Below are positions 9,537-19,416 of a stretch of 64,000 nt of DNA, in pieces. Under the pieces are notes generated by a model. That model was not told the origin of the DNA, did no database searches, and saw only the letters and a program-made list of their open reading frames with translations. The translations under genes and the position numbers were made by a program. The stretch's first letter is position 1. The number at the start of each line of letters is the position of its first letter. The DNA comes from Clostridia bacterium (GTDB taxonomy: Bacteria; Bacillota; Clostridia; Christensenellales; UBA1242): assembly GCA_900767715.1 (NCBI GenBank), contig CAAGAD010000009.1:5919-69918 (forward strand), read 5' to 3'.

Positions 9537-9965
9537 ATGAATAATGAACAAAAAAAGTTAGATGATAAAACGAGCATTGAAAACTTTAATAGAGCAATGG
9601 AACTAGGTTTCCGAGGCTATGTAAATTTGGATACTAGATGTAAAGATATAATTCTTACGACAGATGTGTGCAGAGAAAATGGAAAACTTGGTGGTATGCC
9701 AGTTATGAAACCTTATGCCTTTGTTAGAAATTTGCCAGAAACTGGATATCCTTATATAATTCTTATTTCAAAAGGCAAAATGTATAATGATCCTAATGAA
9801 CCCGTTTTCTATAAACCTGATTATGCTTACGTATTTAGGATTTGTAAGAATCAAAGAGGCGCATATTCTTTGGTGGATTGTGGCACTACTGAGACTCAAA
9901 AAGTAATAGATTACACAGAAGAAAACGATTATTGGTCAGCAGGTTCAAAAGAAAATAGCCGTTAA
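9537..9965 (+). CDS. Hypothetical small protein
   Basis: AAGGGG RBS and ATG at 9537. 142 aa with no recognisable motif. Weak local resemblance to the preceding ORF (YVFRI.. segment). Confidence 0.4.
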   Translation: MNNEQKKLDDKTSIENFNRAMELGFRGYVNLDTRCKDIILTTDVCRENGKLGGMPVMKPYAFVRNLPETGYPYIILISKGKMYNDPNEPVFYKPDYAYVFRICKNQRGAYSLVDCGTTETQKVIDYTEENDYWSAGSKENSR

Positions 9966-10034
9966 GGCTATTTTTTGTTGGCTTTTGAGCAGAAAATCTT
10001 GCTGAAAATTGTTGGAAAAGTTTTCTAAAAAGTG

Positions 10035-10063
10035 TTGACACACGGACGCGTTTATGGTAATAT
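10035..10063 (+). promoter_or_regulatory. Sigma-70 type promoter of the S10 ribosomal protein operon
   Basis: TTGACA (10035-10040), 17-nt spacer, TAATAT (10058-10063). It would give a ~210-nt leader before rpsJ. Confidence 0.6.
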
Positions 10064-10277
10064 TAACCTGCTATGAATATGCGGGAAGACGTAGAAGGTT
10101 GCATAAACTAGGCAACAGTCTTATGGAAATTTCTATCGACCGTAGGCGACTGACAAGCGCCGCCGAATTGACAAAAATTTTATTTTTTGTCAAAATAGCA
10201 CTTTACACACGGCTACGACTATTTATTAATAGGTAGTGGCGATGGAGTATCGGTTTTGTTGTACAAGGAGGAGTAAA

Positions 10278-10586
10278 ATGTCAACACAAAAAATTAGAAT
10301 CAAATTGTCATCTTACGATTACAGTTTGGTGGACCAAGTGGCAGGCAGAATTGTTGATACTGCTGTCAAGGCTGGTTGCAAAATCAGTGGTCCAATCCCT
10401 CTCCCAACAGAGAGAGAAGTGGTAACAGTTATCCGTTCACCACACAAATACAAAGACTCTCGTGAAGAGTTTGAGACTCGCACTCACAAGCGTCTAATTG
10501 ATGTCTATGCACCTACATCAAAGGCAGTCGACAGCATCGTGAAGATGAATCTTCCCGCTGGCGTAGACATTGACATTAAGTTGTAG
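10278..10586 (+). CDS. rpsJ: 30S ribosomal protein S10
   Basis: [20 protein letters not shown]...[35 protein letters not shown] before the ATG at 10278. Confidence 0.97.
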   Translation: MSTQKIRIKLSSYDYSLVDQVAGRIVDTAVKAGCKISGPIPLPTEREVVTVIRSPHKYKDSREEFETRTHKRLIDVYAPTSKAVDSIVKMNLPAGVDIDIKL

Positions 10587-10593
10587 GAGAAAG

Positions 10594-11223
10594 ATGATGA
10601 AAGCAATTATAGGTAGAAAAATTGGTATGACTCAAATCTTCGCACAAGATGGCACTGCAATCCCAGTTACAGTTGTTGAGGCTGGTCCTTGCGTTGTTAC
10701 ACAAGTGAAGACTGTTGAGAAAGATGGCTACAACGCAGTTCAAGTCGGTTTCGGCGAAGTTAAGGCCAAAAACTTGAACAAAGCACAACTTGGTCTTTTC
10801 AAAAAGGCTAACGTTGAAAACAAAAGAGTTCTTATGGAACTTGACCCAAACGGCGAAACATTTGAAGTAGGCAACGAAATAAAATGTGACGTATTCGCAG
10901 AAGGCGACATCGTTGACGTTGCTGGCGTATCAAAGGGTCACGGTTTCTCTGGCGTTATCGCACGTTGGAACAACCACAGATTGAAAATGACTCACGGTGT
11001 TGGACCTGTTCACAGAGAAGTTGGTTCAATGGGCGCAAACTCTGACCCAAGCCGTGTATTCAAGAACAAGAAAATGCCTGGTCAATGGGGTAACGAAAGT
11101 GTTACTATCCAAAACCTTACTGTTGTCAAAGTGGACAGCGCTCGCAATTTGCTTTTGATTAAAGGCAGTATTCCTGGCGCTAAGAAGTCTATCGTTTGCA
11201 TCAACAAGGCTGCGAAGGCTTAG
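10594..11223 (+). CDS. rplC: 50S ribosomal protein L3
   Basis: [15 protein letters not shown]...[13 protein letters not shown], the L3 signature. GGAG RBS. Confidence 0.97.
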   Translation: MMKAIIGRKIGMTQIFAQDGTAIPVTVVEAGPCVVTQVKTVEKDGYNAVQVGFGEVKAKNLNKAQLGLFKKANVENKRVLMELDPNGETFEVGNEIKCDVFAEGDIVDVAGVSKGHGFSGVIARWNNHRLKMTHGVGPVHREVGSMGANSDPSRVFKNKKMPGQWGNESVTIQNLTVVKVDSARNLLLIKGSIPGAKKSIVCINKAAKA

Positions 11224-11231
11224 GAGGAAAT

Positions 11232-11855
11232 ATGGCAAAGTTAAACGTTTATAATATGAAGCACGAACAAGTTGGCGAAGTTGAAGTTAGAGACGAAATC
11301 TTCGGCGCAGAATATAACGAACCACTCATTCACCAAGTTATCGTTGCAATTCAAAATAACGGCCGTCAAGGTACAAAGAGCACTCTCACTCGTAGTGAAG
11401 TTAGAGGACACGCTAAGAAGCCTTGGAGACAAAAAGGTACTGGCCGTGCCCGTCAAGGTAGCACGAAAGGTCCACAATGGGTCGGCGGTGGCGTAGTGTT
11501 CGCTCCAAAGCCAAGAGATTTCAGCCAAAAGGTCAACAAGAAAATGCGCGACTTGGCTCTTATCAGTGCTTTGAGTGAAAAACTTAAACAAAACGAAATC
11601 GTTGTTGTTGATAAACTTGACATCAACGCACCAAAAACCAAAACTGTTGTTGATATGTTGAATGCGTTTGGCATCAAGAACAGCACTGTAATCGTTACAG
11701 CAGAAAACAATGACATTGTATTGAAATCTGTTAACAACCTTGAAAATATTGATTTGACCACATCAAGCCAACTCAACGTTTACGATGTTGTTGCTAATGG
11801 CAATGTATTGTTCACAAAAGACGCACTAATCAAATTAGAGGAGGCTTATAACTAA
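11232..11855 (+). CDS. rplD: 50S ribosomal protein L4
   Basis: TKSTLTRSEVRGHAKKPWRQKGTGRARQGS motif. TAGGAGG RBS before the ATG at 11232. Confidence 0.97.
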   Translation: MAKLNVYNMKHEQVGEVEVRDEIFGAEYNEPLIHQVIVAIQNNGRQGTKSTLTRSEVRGHAKKPWRQKGTGRARQGSTKGPQWVGGGVVFAPKPRDFSQKVNKKMRDLALISALSEKLKQNEIVVVDKLDINAPKTKTVVDMLNAFGIKNSTVIVTAENNDIVLKSVNNLENIDLTTSSQLNVYDVVANGNVLFTKDALIKLEEAYN

Positions 11856-12157
11856 TGACTGCTCACGATATCATTATTAAGCCTATACTTACTGAAAAGG
11901 CTTATGCAGGCATTCAAAACAAAGTTTACACTTTCCAAGTAAACAAAGATGCCAACAAAATTCAAATTGCCCAAGCAGTTGAAGAAATCTTCGGCGTTAA
12001 AGTTGCCAGAGTAAACACTTTGATTGTTAAAGGCGAAAAGACTTCAAGGAATACACGCGCTGGCAGAGTTTATGGTCAAACTAGCGACTACAAAAAGGCT
12101 ATCGTTTACCTAACCAAAGACAGCAAAACTATTCAATTCTTTGATAGTTTGTCATAG
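11855..12157 (+). CDS. rplW: 50S ribosomal protein L23
   Basis: [10 protein letters not shown]...YTFQV...[23 protein letters not shown]. Operon position matches. Confidence 0.97.
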   Translation: MTAHDIIIKPILTEKAYAGIQNKVYTFQVNKDANKIQIAQAVEEIFGVKVARVNTLIVKGEKTSRNTRAGRVYGQTSDYKKAIVYLTKDSKTIQFFDSLS

Positions 12158-12168
12158 GGAGATGTGCT

Positions 12169-12999
12169 ATGAGTATTAGAAAAATTAAACCTACAAATAA
12201 TGCACAAAGAGGACAAAGTGTTGCATCATTTGCAGAATTGACAAAGGGCGCGAAAGCACCAAAAGCATTGATTGTTAGCAAGAAGAATTCTGGCGGTCGT
12301 AACGCGCAAGGTAAAATCACAGTTCGTCATATCGGTGGCGGAAACAAAAAGAAAATTCGTATCATCGATTTCAAACGTAACAAAGACGGCATTCCAGCAG
12401 TCGTAGATAGTATCCAATACGATCCAAATCGTACTGCATACATCGCACTTTTGAACTACGCTGACGGTAGTCAAGCATTTATCTTGGCTCCTAACGATTT
12501 GAAAGTGGGCGACAAGGTTATGTCAGGTGAAAAAGCGGAAATCCGCACAGGCAATAATATGCCTATGAACTTGATGCCAGTTGGTAGCATTGTTCACAAT
12601 ATTGAATTGAACCCAGGCAAAGGTGGTCAGTTGGCACGTTCTGCTGGTATGAGCGCACAAATTATGGCTCGTGAAGACAAGTACGTTACACTTAGACTTC
12701 CTTCTGGCGAAATGAGAAAAGTTTTGGGCGTTTGCCGTGCAACTCTTGGTGTTGTTGGCAATAGCGAGAACGAGATTGTATCAGTCGGCAAAGCCGGCAA
12801 AACCCGTCATATGGGCGTTAGACCTACCGTTCGTGGTAGTGTAATGAACCCTAACGACCACCCACACGGTGGTGGTGAAGGTAAGTCACCTATCGGTCAC
12901 GCTGGTCCACGTACTCCTTGGGGTAAACCTGCTTTGGGATACAAGACTAGAAATAGTAAAAAGGCTTCTAGCAAGTTGATTGTTAAGAGAGCGAAATAG
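12169..12999 (+). CDS. rplB: 50S ribosomal protein L2
   Basis: [19 protein letters not shown]...[20 protein letters not shown], the L2 signature. Confidence 0.98.
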   Translation: MSIRKIKPTNNAQRGQSVASFAELTKGAKAPKALIVSKKNSGGRNAQGKITVRHIGGGNKKKIRIIDFKRNKDGIPAVVDSIQYDPNRTAYIALLNYADGSQAFILAPNDLKVGDKVMSGEKAEIRTGNNMPMNLMPVGSIVHNIELNPGKGGQLARSAGMSAQIMAREDKYVTLRLPSGEMRKVLGVCRATLGVVGNSENEIVSVGKAGKTRHMGVRPTVRGSVMNPNDHPHGGGEGKSPIGHAGPRTPWGKPALGYKTRNSKKASSKLIVKRAK

Positions 13000-13010
13000 G
13001 AGAGATAATA

Positions 13011-13292
13011 ATGAGTAGAAGTTTAAAGAAAAAGCCTTACGTTGAACCTAGACTTATGAAAAGAGTTCAGGCTTTGAACGAAAGCAACGAAAAGAAGGCC
13101 ATCAAAACTTGGTCACGTAGTTCAGTTATCTATCCTGAATTCGTGGGTCATACAATCGCTGTTCACAATGGTAAGAAGCACATTCCAGTTTACTGCACAG
13201 TTGATATGGTTGGTCACAAATTGGGCGAATTCGCTCCAACTCGTACATACAAAGGTCACCACGGCAACAATAAAGTGCCTGCTGGTAAGTAG
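13011..13292 (+). CDS. rpsS: 30S ribosomal protein S19
   Basis: [11 protein letters not shown]...[31 protein letters not shown]. Confidence 0.98.
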   Translation: MSRSLKKKPYVEPRLMKRVQALNESNEKKAIKTWSRSSVIYPEFVGHTIAVHNGKKHIPVYCTVDMVGHKLGEFAPTRTYKGHHGNNKVPAGK

Positions 13293-13306
13293 TCGTGAGG
13301 TAAATT

Positions 13307-13693
13307 ATGGCAAAGAGAATTAGAGAAAAAACAGCAAAAATTAACGAAAACAGAGAAAAGCGTCCACACGCTTGCGCTAAATACGTTCGCATTGCTCCTA
13401 GCAAGGCTATGGTTATTGCAGACATCGTTCGTGGAAAGTCTTATGATGAAGCAGTTGGCATTTTGAATGCATTGCCTAATCGTTCTGCTGGTTTGATACT
13501 TAAAGTTGTCGAATCTGCTGGTGCAAATGCTGAAAACAATATGGGTCTTAACAGAGCCGATTTGCGCATTGCAGAAATCACTATTGACCAAGGTCCAACT
13601 CTTAAAAGAGCATACGCTGCTGGTAAGGGTAGTTCAATGTCAATTTTGAAGCGTACTAGCCACATCAACGTTGTGCTAGACAGCGCGAAATAG
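13307..13693 (+). CDS. rplV: 50S ribosomal protein L22
   Basis: AKYVRIAPSKAMVIADIVRGKSYDEAVGIL...TIDQGPTLKR. Confidence 0.97.
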   Translation: MAKRIREKTAKINENREKRPHACAKYVRIAPSKAMVIADIVRGKSYDEAVGILNALPNRSAGLILKVVESAGANAENNMGLNRADLRIAEITIDQGPTLKRAYAAGKGSSMSILKRTSHINVVLDSAK

Positions 13694-13703
13694 GAGGGTC
13701 ATA

Positions 13704-14378
13704 ATGGGACAAAAAGTTAGTCCAGTAGGACTTAGAATTGGTATCAACAAAGGTTGGAGCAGTAGTTGGGTTGCCAACAAGGAAAATATTGCTAAGAACA
13801 TTTTGGAAGACAACAAAATCCGTAAGTTCTTGAAGAAGAAATATTATGCTTGTGGCATCAGCCGTATTGATATTGCTCGTAGCGGTGAAACTTTGACAAT
13901 CGACATCTACACTGGTCGTCCAGGCGTATTGATTGGTCAAAAAGGTGCTGGCATTGAAGCAATGCGTAAAGAATTGGATTCAATGACTAACGCTAAAAAT
14001 GTTAATATCAACATTAAAGAAATCAAAAATCTTGACCTTGATGCGAAATTAGTCGCAGAAGGCATTGCATTGCAACTTGAAAAGCGTGCTCAATTCCGTA
14101 GAGTTATGAAGCAAGCCGTTCAACGCACTATGCGTGCTGGCGCACAAGGTATCAAAATTATCGTTAGCGGTCGTCTTGACGGCGCTGACATTGCACGTAG
14201 CGAAAAGTGCATCGAAGGTAACCTTCCATTGCACACATTGCGTGCCGACATAGACTACGCTTTGGCAGAAGCACACACTATATTTGGTGTTGTTGGTGTC
14301 AAGGTTTGGATCTACAAGGGCGACATTTATGGTAAGGCTCCTGTCGAAAAAGACACAGAAGTTAAAGGAGGCAAGTAA
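13704..14378 (+). CDS. rpsC: 30S ribosomal protein S3
   Basis: [18 protein letters not shown]...[14 protein letters not shown] (KH domain)...[12 protein letters not shown]. Confidence 0.98.
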   Translation: MGQKVSPVGLRIGINKGWSSSWVANKENIAKNILEDNKIRKFLKKKYYACGISRIDIARSGETLTIDIYTGRPGVLIGQKGAGIEAMRKELDSMTNAKNVNINIKEIKNLDLDAKLVAEGIALQLEKRAQFRRVMKQAVQRTMRAGAQGIKIIVSGRLDGADIARSEKCIEGNLPLHTLRADIDYALAEAHTIFGVVGVKVWIYKGDIYGKAPVEKDTEVKGGK

Positions 14379-14380
14379 TT

Positions 14381-14812
14381 ATGTTAATGCCTAAGAGAGT
14401 TAAGAGAAGAAAAGTTCAACGTGGCAGAATGACTGGTCGTGCTACTCGTGGCAACAAACTTGCCTATGGTGATTATGGTCTTCAAGCAACTGAACCTTGC
14501 TGGATGACCGGCAATCAAATCGAGGCTGCTCGTATCGCTATCAACAGATATATGAGACGTGGTGGTAAGGTTTGGATTAACGTATTCCCAGACAAGCCAG
14601 TTTCAAAGAAAGCACTTGGCACTCGTATGGGTAGCGGTAAAGGTGCTCCAGAATACTGGGTTGCAGTTGTTAAACGCGACAGAGTAATCTTCGAAATTAA
14701 GGCTCCAAGTGAAGAAGTCGCTATGGAAGCATTAAGACTAGCTAGTCATAAATTGCCTTGTAAAACTCGCATAATCAAGAAAGAAAATACAGTTGAGGGC
14801 GGTGAACAATAA
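14381..14812 (+). CDS. rplP: 50S ribosomal protein L16
   Basis: [17 protein letters not shown]...[25 protein letters not shown]. Confidence 0.98.
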   Translation: MLMPKRVKRRKVQRGRMTGRATRGNKLAYGDYGLQATEPCWMTGNQIEAARIAINRYMRRGGKVWINVFPDKPVSKKALGTRMGSGKGAPEYWVAVVKRDRVIFEIKAPSEEVAMEALRLASHKLPCKTRIIKKENTVEGGEQ

Positions 14813-15012
14813 TGAAAATAAGTGAAATTAAAGAAATGACCGATGCTGAATTGGAAACAAAGTTGAAGGAACTCAAATCAGAGTTGCTTAATCTACGTTT
14901 CGCACACGCTACTGGTCAATTAACAAACCCAAAACAAATGAACGTTGCTAAAAAAGACATTGCTCGTATTAAGACAATTCAAACAGCACGTCGTAATGGT
15001 AATAAGGTATAA
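14812..15012 (+). CDS. rpmC: 50S ribosomal protein L29
   Basis: 66 aa, [21 protein letters not shown]. Its start overlaps the rplP stop. Confidence 0.95.
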   Translation: MKISEIKEMTDAELETKLKELKSELLNLRFAHATGQLTNPKQMNVAKKDIARIKTIQTARRNGNKV

Positions 15013-15023
15013 AAGGAGTATAT

Positions 15024-15290
15024 ATGGAAAAGCAAGAAATCAAGAAAACTTCAAAAGTATTGCGTGGCATCGTTGTAAGTGACAAAATGGACAAGACCAT
15101 TGTTGTTGCCATCACTGAAAAGAAACGTCACCCTATATACGGCAAGTTTATAACCTCAACTAAAAAATACAAGGCTCACGATGAGAAAAATGATGCTCAC
15201 GTAGGTGACACAGTCGACATCATTGAAAACAGACACATAAGCAAAGACAAATATTTTAGACTACTTTCAGTAGTTGAAAGAGCAAAATAG
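15024..15290 (+). CDS. rpsQ: 30S ribosomal protein S17
   Basis: [18 protein letters not shown]...HPIYGKFI...[17 protein letters not shown]. Confidence 0.97.
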   Translation: MEKQEIKKTSKVLRGIVVSDKMDKTIVVAITEKKRHPIYGKFITSTKKYKAHDEKNDAHVGDTVDIIENRHISKDKYFRLLSVVERAK

Positions 15291-15298
15291 GAGCAGTT

Positions 15299-15667
15299 AT
15301 GGTACAAAGACAAACAATATTGAAATGTGCCGACAACACTGGCGCCAAGACTATGATGTGCATTCAAGTTAAGGGCGGTTCAGTTCGTCGTAGCGGTAGC
15401 ATTGGTGATGTGATTGTCGCATCAGTTAAGAAGGCTGACCCAGACGGCTCAGTTAAGAAAGGTGATGTTGTCAAGGCTGTTATCGTTCGCACAAAGAAAG
15501 AAATTCGTCGTGCTGACGGTACTTACATTCGTTTTGATGACAACGCAGCAGTTATCATTGGTAATGATAAATCTCCAAAAGGTACTCGTATATTTGGACC
15601 TGTTGCCAGAGAATTGCGCGACAAGGGTTATATGCAAATTATTTCCCGTGCACCAGAAGTTTTGTAG
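15299..15667 (+). CDS. rplN: 50S ribosomal protein L14
   Basis: [17 protein letters not shown]...[11 protein letters not shown]...[12 protein letters not shown]. Confidence 0.98.
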   Translation: MVQRQTILKCADNTGAKTMMCIQVKGGSVRRSGSIGDVIVASVKKADPDGSVKKGDVVKAVIVRTKKEIRRADGTYIRFDDNAAVIIGNDKSPKGTRIFGPVARELRDKGYMQIISRAPEVL

Positions 15668-15677
15668 GAGGTAGAAT

Positions 15678-16076
15678 ATGAATTCAGTTAAGAAAAATGA
15701 CAAAGTTTTGGTCCTTGCTGGTAAAGACAAAGGCAAAACTGGTAATGTATTGAGCGTTTCTACCGCTGACAACAAAGTGGTCGTAGCAGGCGTTAATATC
15801 GTTACTAAACACAGAAAACCTCGTTCACAAGAGGACAAAGGTGGAATCGTTAAGATGGAAGCCGGCATTGATGTATCTAACGTTCAAGTTATCTGCCCAG
15901 TATGCGGAAAGGCTACAAGAGTTAGTCACGCAGTGGTTGACGGCAAACACGTTAGAACTTGCAAGAAATGCAATGCAAGCCTAGAACTCGCTAAGAGCGA
16001 AGCAAAAAAGGCAAAGAAAGAAACAAAAACAAGAGCAAAAAAGACTGCAACTAAAAAAGCAGCAGATAAGGAGTAA
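15678..16076 (+). CDS. rplX: 50S ribosomal protein L24 (variant with CxxC...CxxC and a Lys-rich C-terminal tail)
   Basis: KKNDKVLVLAGKDKGKTGNVL KOW motif. 132 aa, longer than usual. CPVCGKATRV...TCKKCNAS, then KSEAKKAKKETKTRAKKTATKKAADKE. Confidence 0.95.
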   Translation: MNSVKKNDKVLVLAGKDKGKTGNVLSVSTADNKVVVAGVNIVTKHRKPRSQEDKGGIVKMEAGIDVSNVQVICPVCGKATRVSHAVVDGKHVRTCKKCNASLELAKSEAKKAKKETKTRAKKTATKKAADKE

Positions 16077-16080
16077 TTAG

Positions 16081-16629
16081 ATGGCAAATGTTAGCAGATT
16101 GCACGAAATGTATAACAAAGAAATCGTGCCAGAACTTGAAAAAGAATTGAAAATCTCTAATGCTATGCAAGTTCCAAAACTTGAAAAAATTATCCTTTCA
16201 TTGCGTTTAGGTGCAGAAAAGGACAATAGCAAGAGTTTCAACCTAGCAGTTGACGAATTGCAAGCAATCGCTGGTCAAAAACCAGTTGTCACAACTGCTA
16301 AAAAATCAATCGCAAACTTCAAACTTCGTGAAAATCAAAAAATCGGCGCAAAGGTTACCCTTCGTGGCGAAAAAATGTACGAATTTATGGACAGATTGAT
16401 TTCTATTGCTTTGCCAAGAGTGAGAGACTTTAATGGTTTGTCAACCAAGTCATTTGACGGCAGAGGCAACTACTCATTCGGCATCAAAGAACAAATCATT
16501 TTCCCAGAAGTTGTTTATGACAAAATCGAGAAAATCCGTGGCTTTGATGTAATCTTTGTAACAAGTGCGAAGACAAACGAAGAAGCAAAAATTCTTCTTC
16601 AGAAACTTGGTCTTCCATTTGCTAAATAG
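16081..16629 (+). CDS. rplE: 50S ribosomal protein L5
   Basis: [14 protein letters not shown]...[29 protein letters not shown]...[16 protein letters not shown]. Confidence 0.98.
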   Translation: MANVSRLHEMYNKEIVPELEKELKISNAMQVPKLEKIILSLRLGAEKDNSKSFNLAVDELQAIAGQKPVVTTAKKSIANFKLRENQKIGAKVTLRGEKMYEFMDRLISIALPRVRDFNGLSTKSFDGRGNYSFGIKEQIIFPEVVYDKIEKIRGFDVIFVTSAKTNEEAKILLQKLGLPFAK

Positions 16630-16637
16630 GGGGAATT

Positions 16638-16823
16638 ATGGCAAGAAAAGCAATGATAGAAAAACAACAAAAGAAGCAAAAATTTGCTACTCGTGAATAC
16701 ACTCGTTGCAGTATTTGTGGTCGTCCACACGCTGTATTGAAAAAATATGGCATTTGCAGAATTTGTTTTAGAGAATTAGCCTACAAGGGCGAACTTCCAG
16801 GCGTTAAAAAGGCCAGTTGGTAA
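16638..16823 (+). CDS. rpsN: 30S ribosomal protein S14 type Z (zinc form)
   Basis: 61 aa, [38 protein letters not shown]. Confidence 0.97.
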   Translation: MARKAMIEKQQKKQKFATREYTRCSICGRPHAVLKKYGICRICFRELAYKGELPGVKKASW

Positions 16824-16835
16824 AAGGAGCGAAAT

Positions 16836-17234
16836 ATGAATATTACTGATCCAATCGCAGATATGTTGACTCGTATCCGCAATGCCAATGTTGGCAAACA
16901 CGAAACTGTACTAGTTCCAGTTTCTAAAATCAAATTGGCTATCGCAGATATTTTGGTTAACGAAGGTTTCATTGAAAAATATGAAATTGTTGAACAAGAC
17001 AAAATCAAAATGATGAACATCAGTTTGAAATATGGTCCTAACGGCGAAAAAGTTATTCGTGGTTTGCGTCGTGTTTCAAAGCCAGGTTTGCGTAACTATG
17101 CTAATGCTGACGAAATTCCTTCTGTTATGAATGGTTTGGGCATTGCAATCGTTAGTACAAACAAGGGTGTCATCACTGACAAACAAGCAAGAAAAGAAAA
17201 CGTTGGCGGTGAAGTGCTAGCGTACATTTGGTAA
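16836..17234 (+). CDS. rpsH: 30S ribosomal protein S8
   Basis: [25 protein letters not shown]...GGEVLAYIW. Confidence 0.98.
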   Translation: MNITDPIADMLTRIRNANVGKHETVLVPVSKIKLAIADILVNEGFIEKYEIVEQDKIKMMNISLKYGPNGEKVIRGLRRVSKPGLRNYANADEIPSVMNGLGIAIVSTNKGVITDKQARKENVGGEVLAYIW

Positions 17235-17244
17235 GGGGGCAGTT

Positions 17245-17790
17245 ATGTCTAGAATAGGAAGATTGCCTGTGGAAATTCCAGCTGGTATCACTGTTAAAGT
17301 CGATGAACACAACAATGTTGTAGTTTCAAACGGCAAAGCAACAATTACTCAGCCTGTGAATAAGTGCATTACAGTTGAAGTTAAGGATGACAAAGTTGTA
17401 TGCACCCGCAGCAGCGACGAAAATAAGGTTAAGGCTATGCACGGTCTTTACCGTACACTCATTCGCAACGCAGTTGAAGGTTTGACAAAGGGCTTTAAGA
17501 AGACCTTGGTTATCAACGGCGTAGGTGCGAAAGTGCAAAAAGTAGGCAACAAAGTTGTTATGAACATCAACTTCTCACACCCAGTTGAAGTGACAGAAGT
17601 TGAGGGCGTAACTTTGAATTGCCCAAGTGCTACTGAAATCGAAGTTTCAGGTTACTCAAAAGAAGCGGTAGGTGCTATGGCTGCGAAGATTCGCGCTATT
17701 AAGCCAGTCGAACCTTACCACGGTTATGGTATTAGATACTCTGACGAAGTCGTTATCTTGAAACAAGGTAAGAAGACGGGCAAGAAATAA
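17245..17790 (+). CDS. rplF: 50S ribosomal protein L6
   Basis: [17 protein letters not shown]...[11 protein letters not shown]...[13 protein letters not shown]. Confidence 0.98.
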   Translation: MSRIGRLPVEIPAGITVKVDEHNNVVVSNGKATITQPVNKCITVEVKDDKVVCTRSSDENKVKAMHGLYRTLIRNAVEGLTKGFKKTLVINGVGAKVQKVGNKVVMNINFSHPVEVTEVEGVTLNCPSATEIEVSGYSKEAVGAMAAKIRAIKPVEPYHGYGIRYSDEVVILKQGKKTGKK

Positions 17791-17801
17791 GGAGACAAGT
17801 T

Positions 17802-18170
17802 ATGTTTAGTAAAGTTGATAAGAATGCAAACAGAGTACGTCGTCACGTTAGACTACGTAGAAACTTGGCTGGCACAACTGCTCGCCCAAGACTTGCTGTT
17901 TACAGAAGTACAAAGAGTATTTATGCTCAAATCATTGATGATAGCAAGGGTGTTACTCTTGTTGCATCAAACACATTGCAACCAGAGATTGCTAAGGCTT
18001 GTGAAAATTTGACAAAGGTTGAGGCTGCTCGCCTTGTTGGTCAAGACATCGCTAAGAAAGCAATCGCAAAAGGTATCACCGAAGTCGTATTCGACCGTGG
18101 TGGTTACTTGTACATTGGTCGAGTTCAAAGTTTGGCAGACGGCGCTCGTGAAGCCGGACTTAAATTTTAG
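17802..18170 (+). CDS. rplR: 50S ribosomal protein L18
   Basis: [20 protein letters not shown]...[28 protein letters not shown]. Confidence 0.98.
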   Translation: MFSKVDKNANRVRRHVRLRRNLAGTTARPRLAVYRSTKSIYAQIIDDSKGVTLVASNTLQPEIAKACENLTKVEAARLVGQDIAKKAIAKGITEVVFDRGGYLYIGRVQSLADGAREAGLKF

Positions 18171-18179
18171 GGGGACAAT

Positions 18180-18749
18180 ATGGAAGAAAACGTTGTTGTT
18201 GAAAACAAAAAGCCAGATTTCAAAAAGAAAGACGGCAATAGAAAACCTAGATTTGAACGCAAACCAAGAGAAAATCAAGATGAGTTCACTCAAAAGAACC
18301 TTGGTATCCGTCGCGTAACAGCCGTTACTGCTGGTGGACGCACAATGCGTTTCAGTGCCACAGTTGTTGTTGGCGATAAGAAGGGTAGAGTTGGTCTTGG
18401 CATCGCAAAGGCTGCCGAAGTGCCAGTTGCAATCGAAAAGGCTGCAAAACTCGCTCGTAAAAATGTAATTACAGTTCCAGTTGTTAATGGTACAATTCCT
18501 CACGAAGTTAAGGGTAAATTCTCTACTACAACAGTATTGATGATTCCTACAAAAGAGGGTAATGGTATCATCGCTGGTGGTTCTGCTCGTGCTATTATGG
18601 AACTTGCAGGCTACAAGAATGTTACTACAAAAATTCACGGTAGCACAAACAAAATCAACGCTGCTCGCGCAACATTGAATGGTTTGAAAGAATTGCGTAC
18701 TCGTGAAGAAGTTGCTGCTCTTCGTGGCAAGAAAGTTGAAGAAATTTAA
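18180..18749 (+). CDS. rpsE: 30S ribosomal protein S5
   Basis: VTAVTAGGRTMRFSATVVVGDKKGRVGLGIAKAAEVP...GSTNKINAARATLNGL. Confidence 0.98.
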   Translation: MEENVVVENKKPDFKKKDGNRKPRFERKPRENQDEFTQKNLGIRRVTAVTAGGRTMRFSATVVVGDKKGRVGLGIAKAAEVPVAIEKAAKLARKNVITVPVVNGTIPHEVKGKFSTTTVLMIPTKEGNGIIAGGSARAIMELAGYKNVTTKIHGSTNKINAARATLNGLKELRTREEVAALRGKKVEEI

Positions 18750-18760
18750 GGGGAGAAAAT

Positions 18761-18955
18761 ATGGAAAAGAAAACTGGTAAAGTCCTCAAAGTAACATACG
18801 CAAAAAGCGTTATCGGTTACAGCAAGGAACAAGCAAAAATTATTGAAGCCCTTGGATTTAGCAAACTTGGTCAGACTAGAACTTTGCCTGACAATGCTTG
18901 CATCAGAGGTAGCATAAACAAAGTTAGACACCTTTTGCGTGTTGAAGAAGAGTAA
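18761..18955 (+). CDS. rpmD: 50S ribosomal protein L30
   Basis: 64 aa, LKVTYAKSVIGYSKEQAKIIEALGFSKLGQT. Operon position matches. Confidence 0.93.
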   Translation: MEKKTGKVLKVTYAKSVIGYSKEQAKIIEALGFSKLGQTRTLPDNACIRGSINKVRHLLRVEEE

Positions 18956-18969
18956 TAAGGAGATAATAT

Positions 18970-19416
18970 ATGTATATTCATACTATTAAACCAGCCGAAG
19001 GCTCAAAGACCGATGCACGCAGACTAGGTCGTGGTATTGGTAGCGGTCTTGGTAAAACTGCTGGTAAGGGTCACAAAGGTCAAAACGCTCGTAGTGGCGG
19101 TGGTGTTCGTCCTGGTTTCGAAGGCGGACAAATTCCTTTGTATCGTAGAATTCCAAAGAGAGGATTCAACAATGCTCTTAACGCTAAGGTTTATACTGAG
19201 GTTAGCCTTGAAAAATTGAACAAATTTGAAGCAAACACAGTTGTAGACCCAGTTTTGTTGCTCGAATCTGGAATCATCTCAAAAGTTGAAAAAGACGGCG
19301 TTAAAATCCTTGGCAACGGCGACATCAAAGTTGCTTTGACAGTGGTTGCAAGCGCTTTCACAAAATCTGCAAAAGAAAAAATTGAAGCAGTTGGTGGCAA
19401 GGTTGAGGTGAAATAA
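18970..19416 (+). CDS. rplO: 50S ribosomal protein L15
   Basis: [49 protein letters not shown]. Confidence 0.98.
   Translation: MYIHTIKPAEGSKTDARRLGRGIGSGLGKTAGKGHKGQNARSGGGVRPGFEGGQIPLYRRIPKRGFNNALNAKVYTEVSLEKLNKFEANTVVDPVLLLESGIISKVEKDGVKILGNGDIKVALTVVASAFTKSAKEKIEAVGGKVEVK

Noticed and set aside
10054-10236. 60-aa ORF inside the S10 leader.
   Set aside because: It has no RBS and begins inside the promoter -10 region. It is more plausibly untranslated leader RNA.
15449-15868. Antisense or alternative-frame ORFs throughout the ribosomal operon and other core genes (for example 15449-15868, 17967-18638, 11241-11591, 5850-6302, 47553-48080).
   Set aside because: They fully overlap strongly supported conserved genes, lack RBSs and have biased, repetitive translations. 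These are shadow ORFs.
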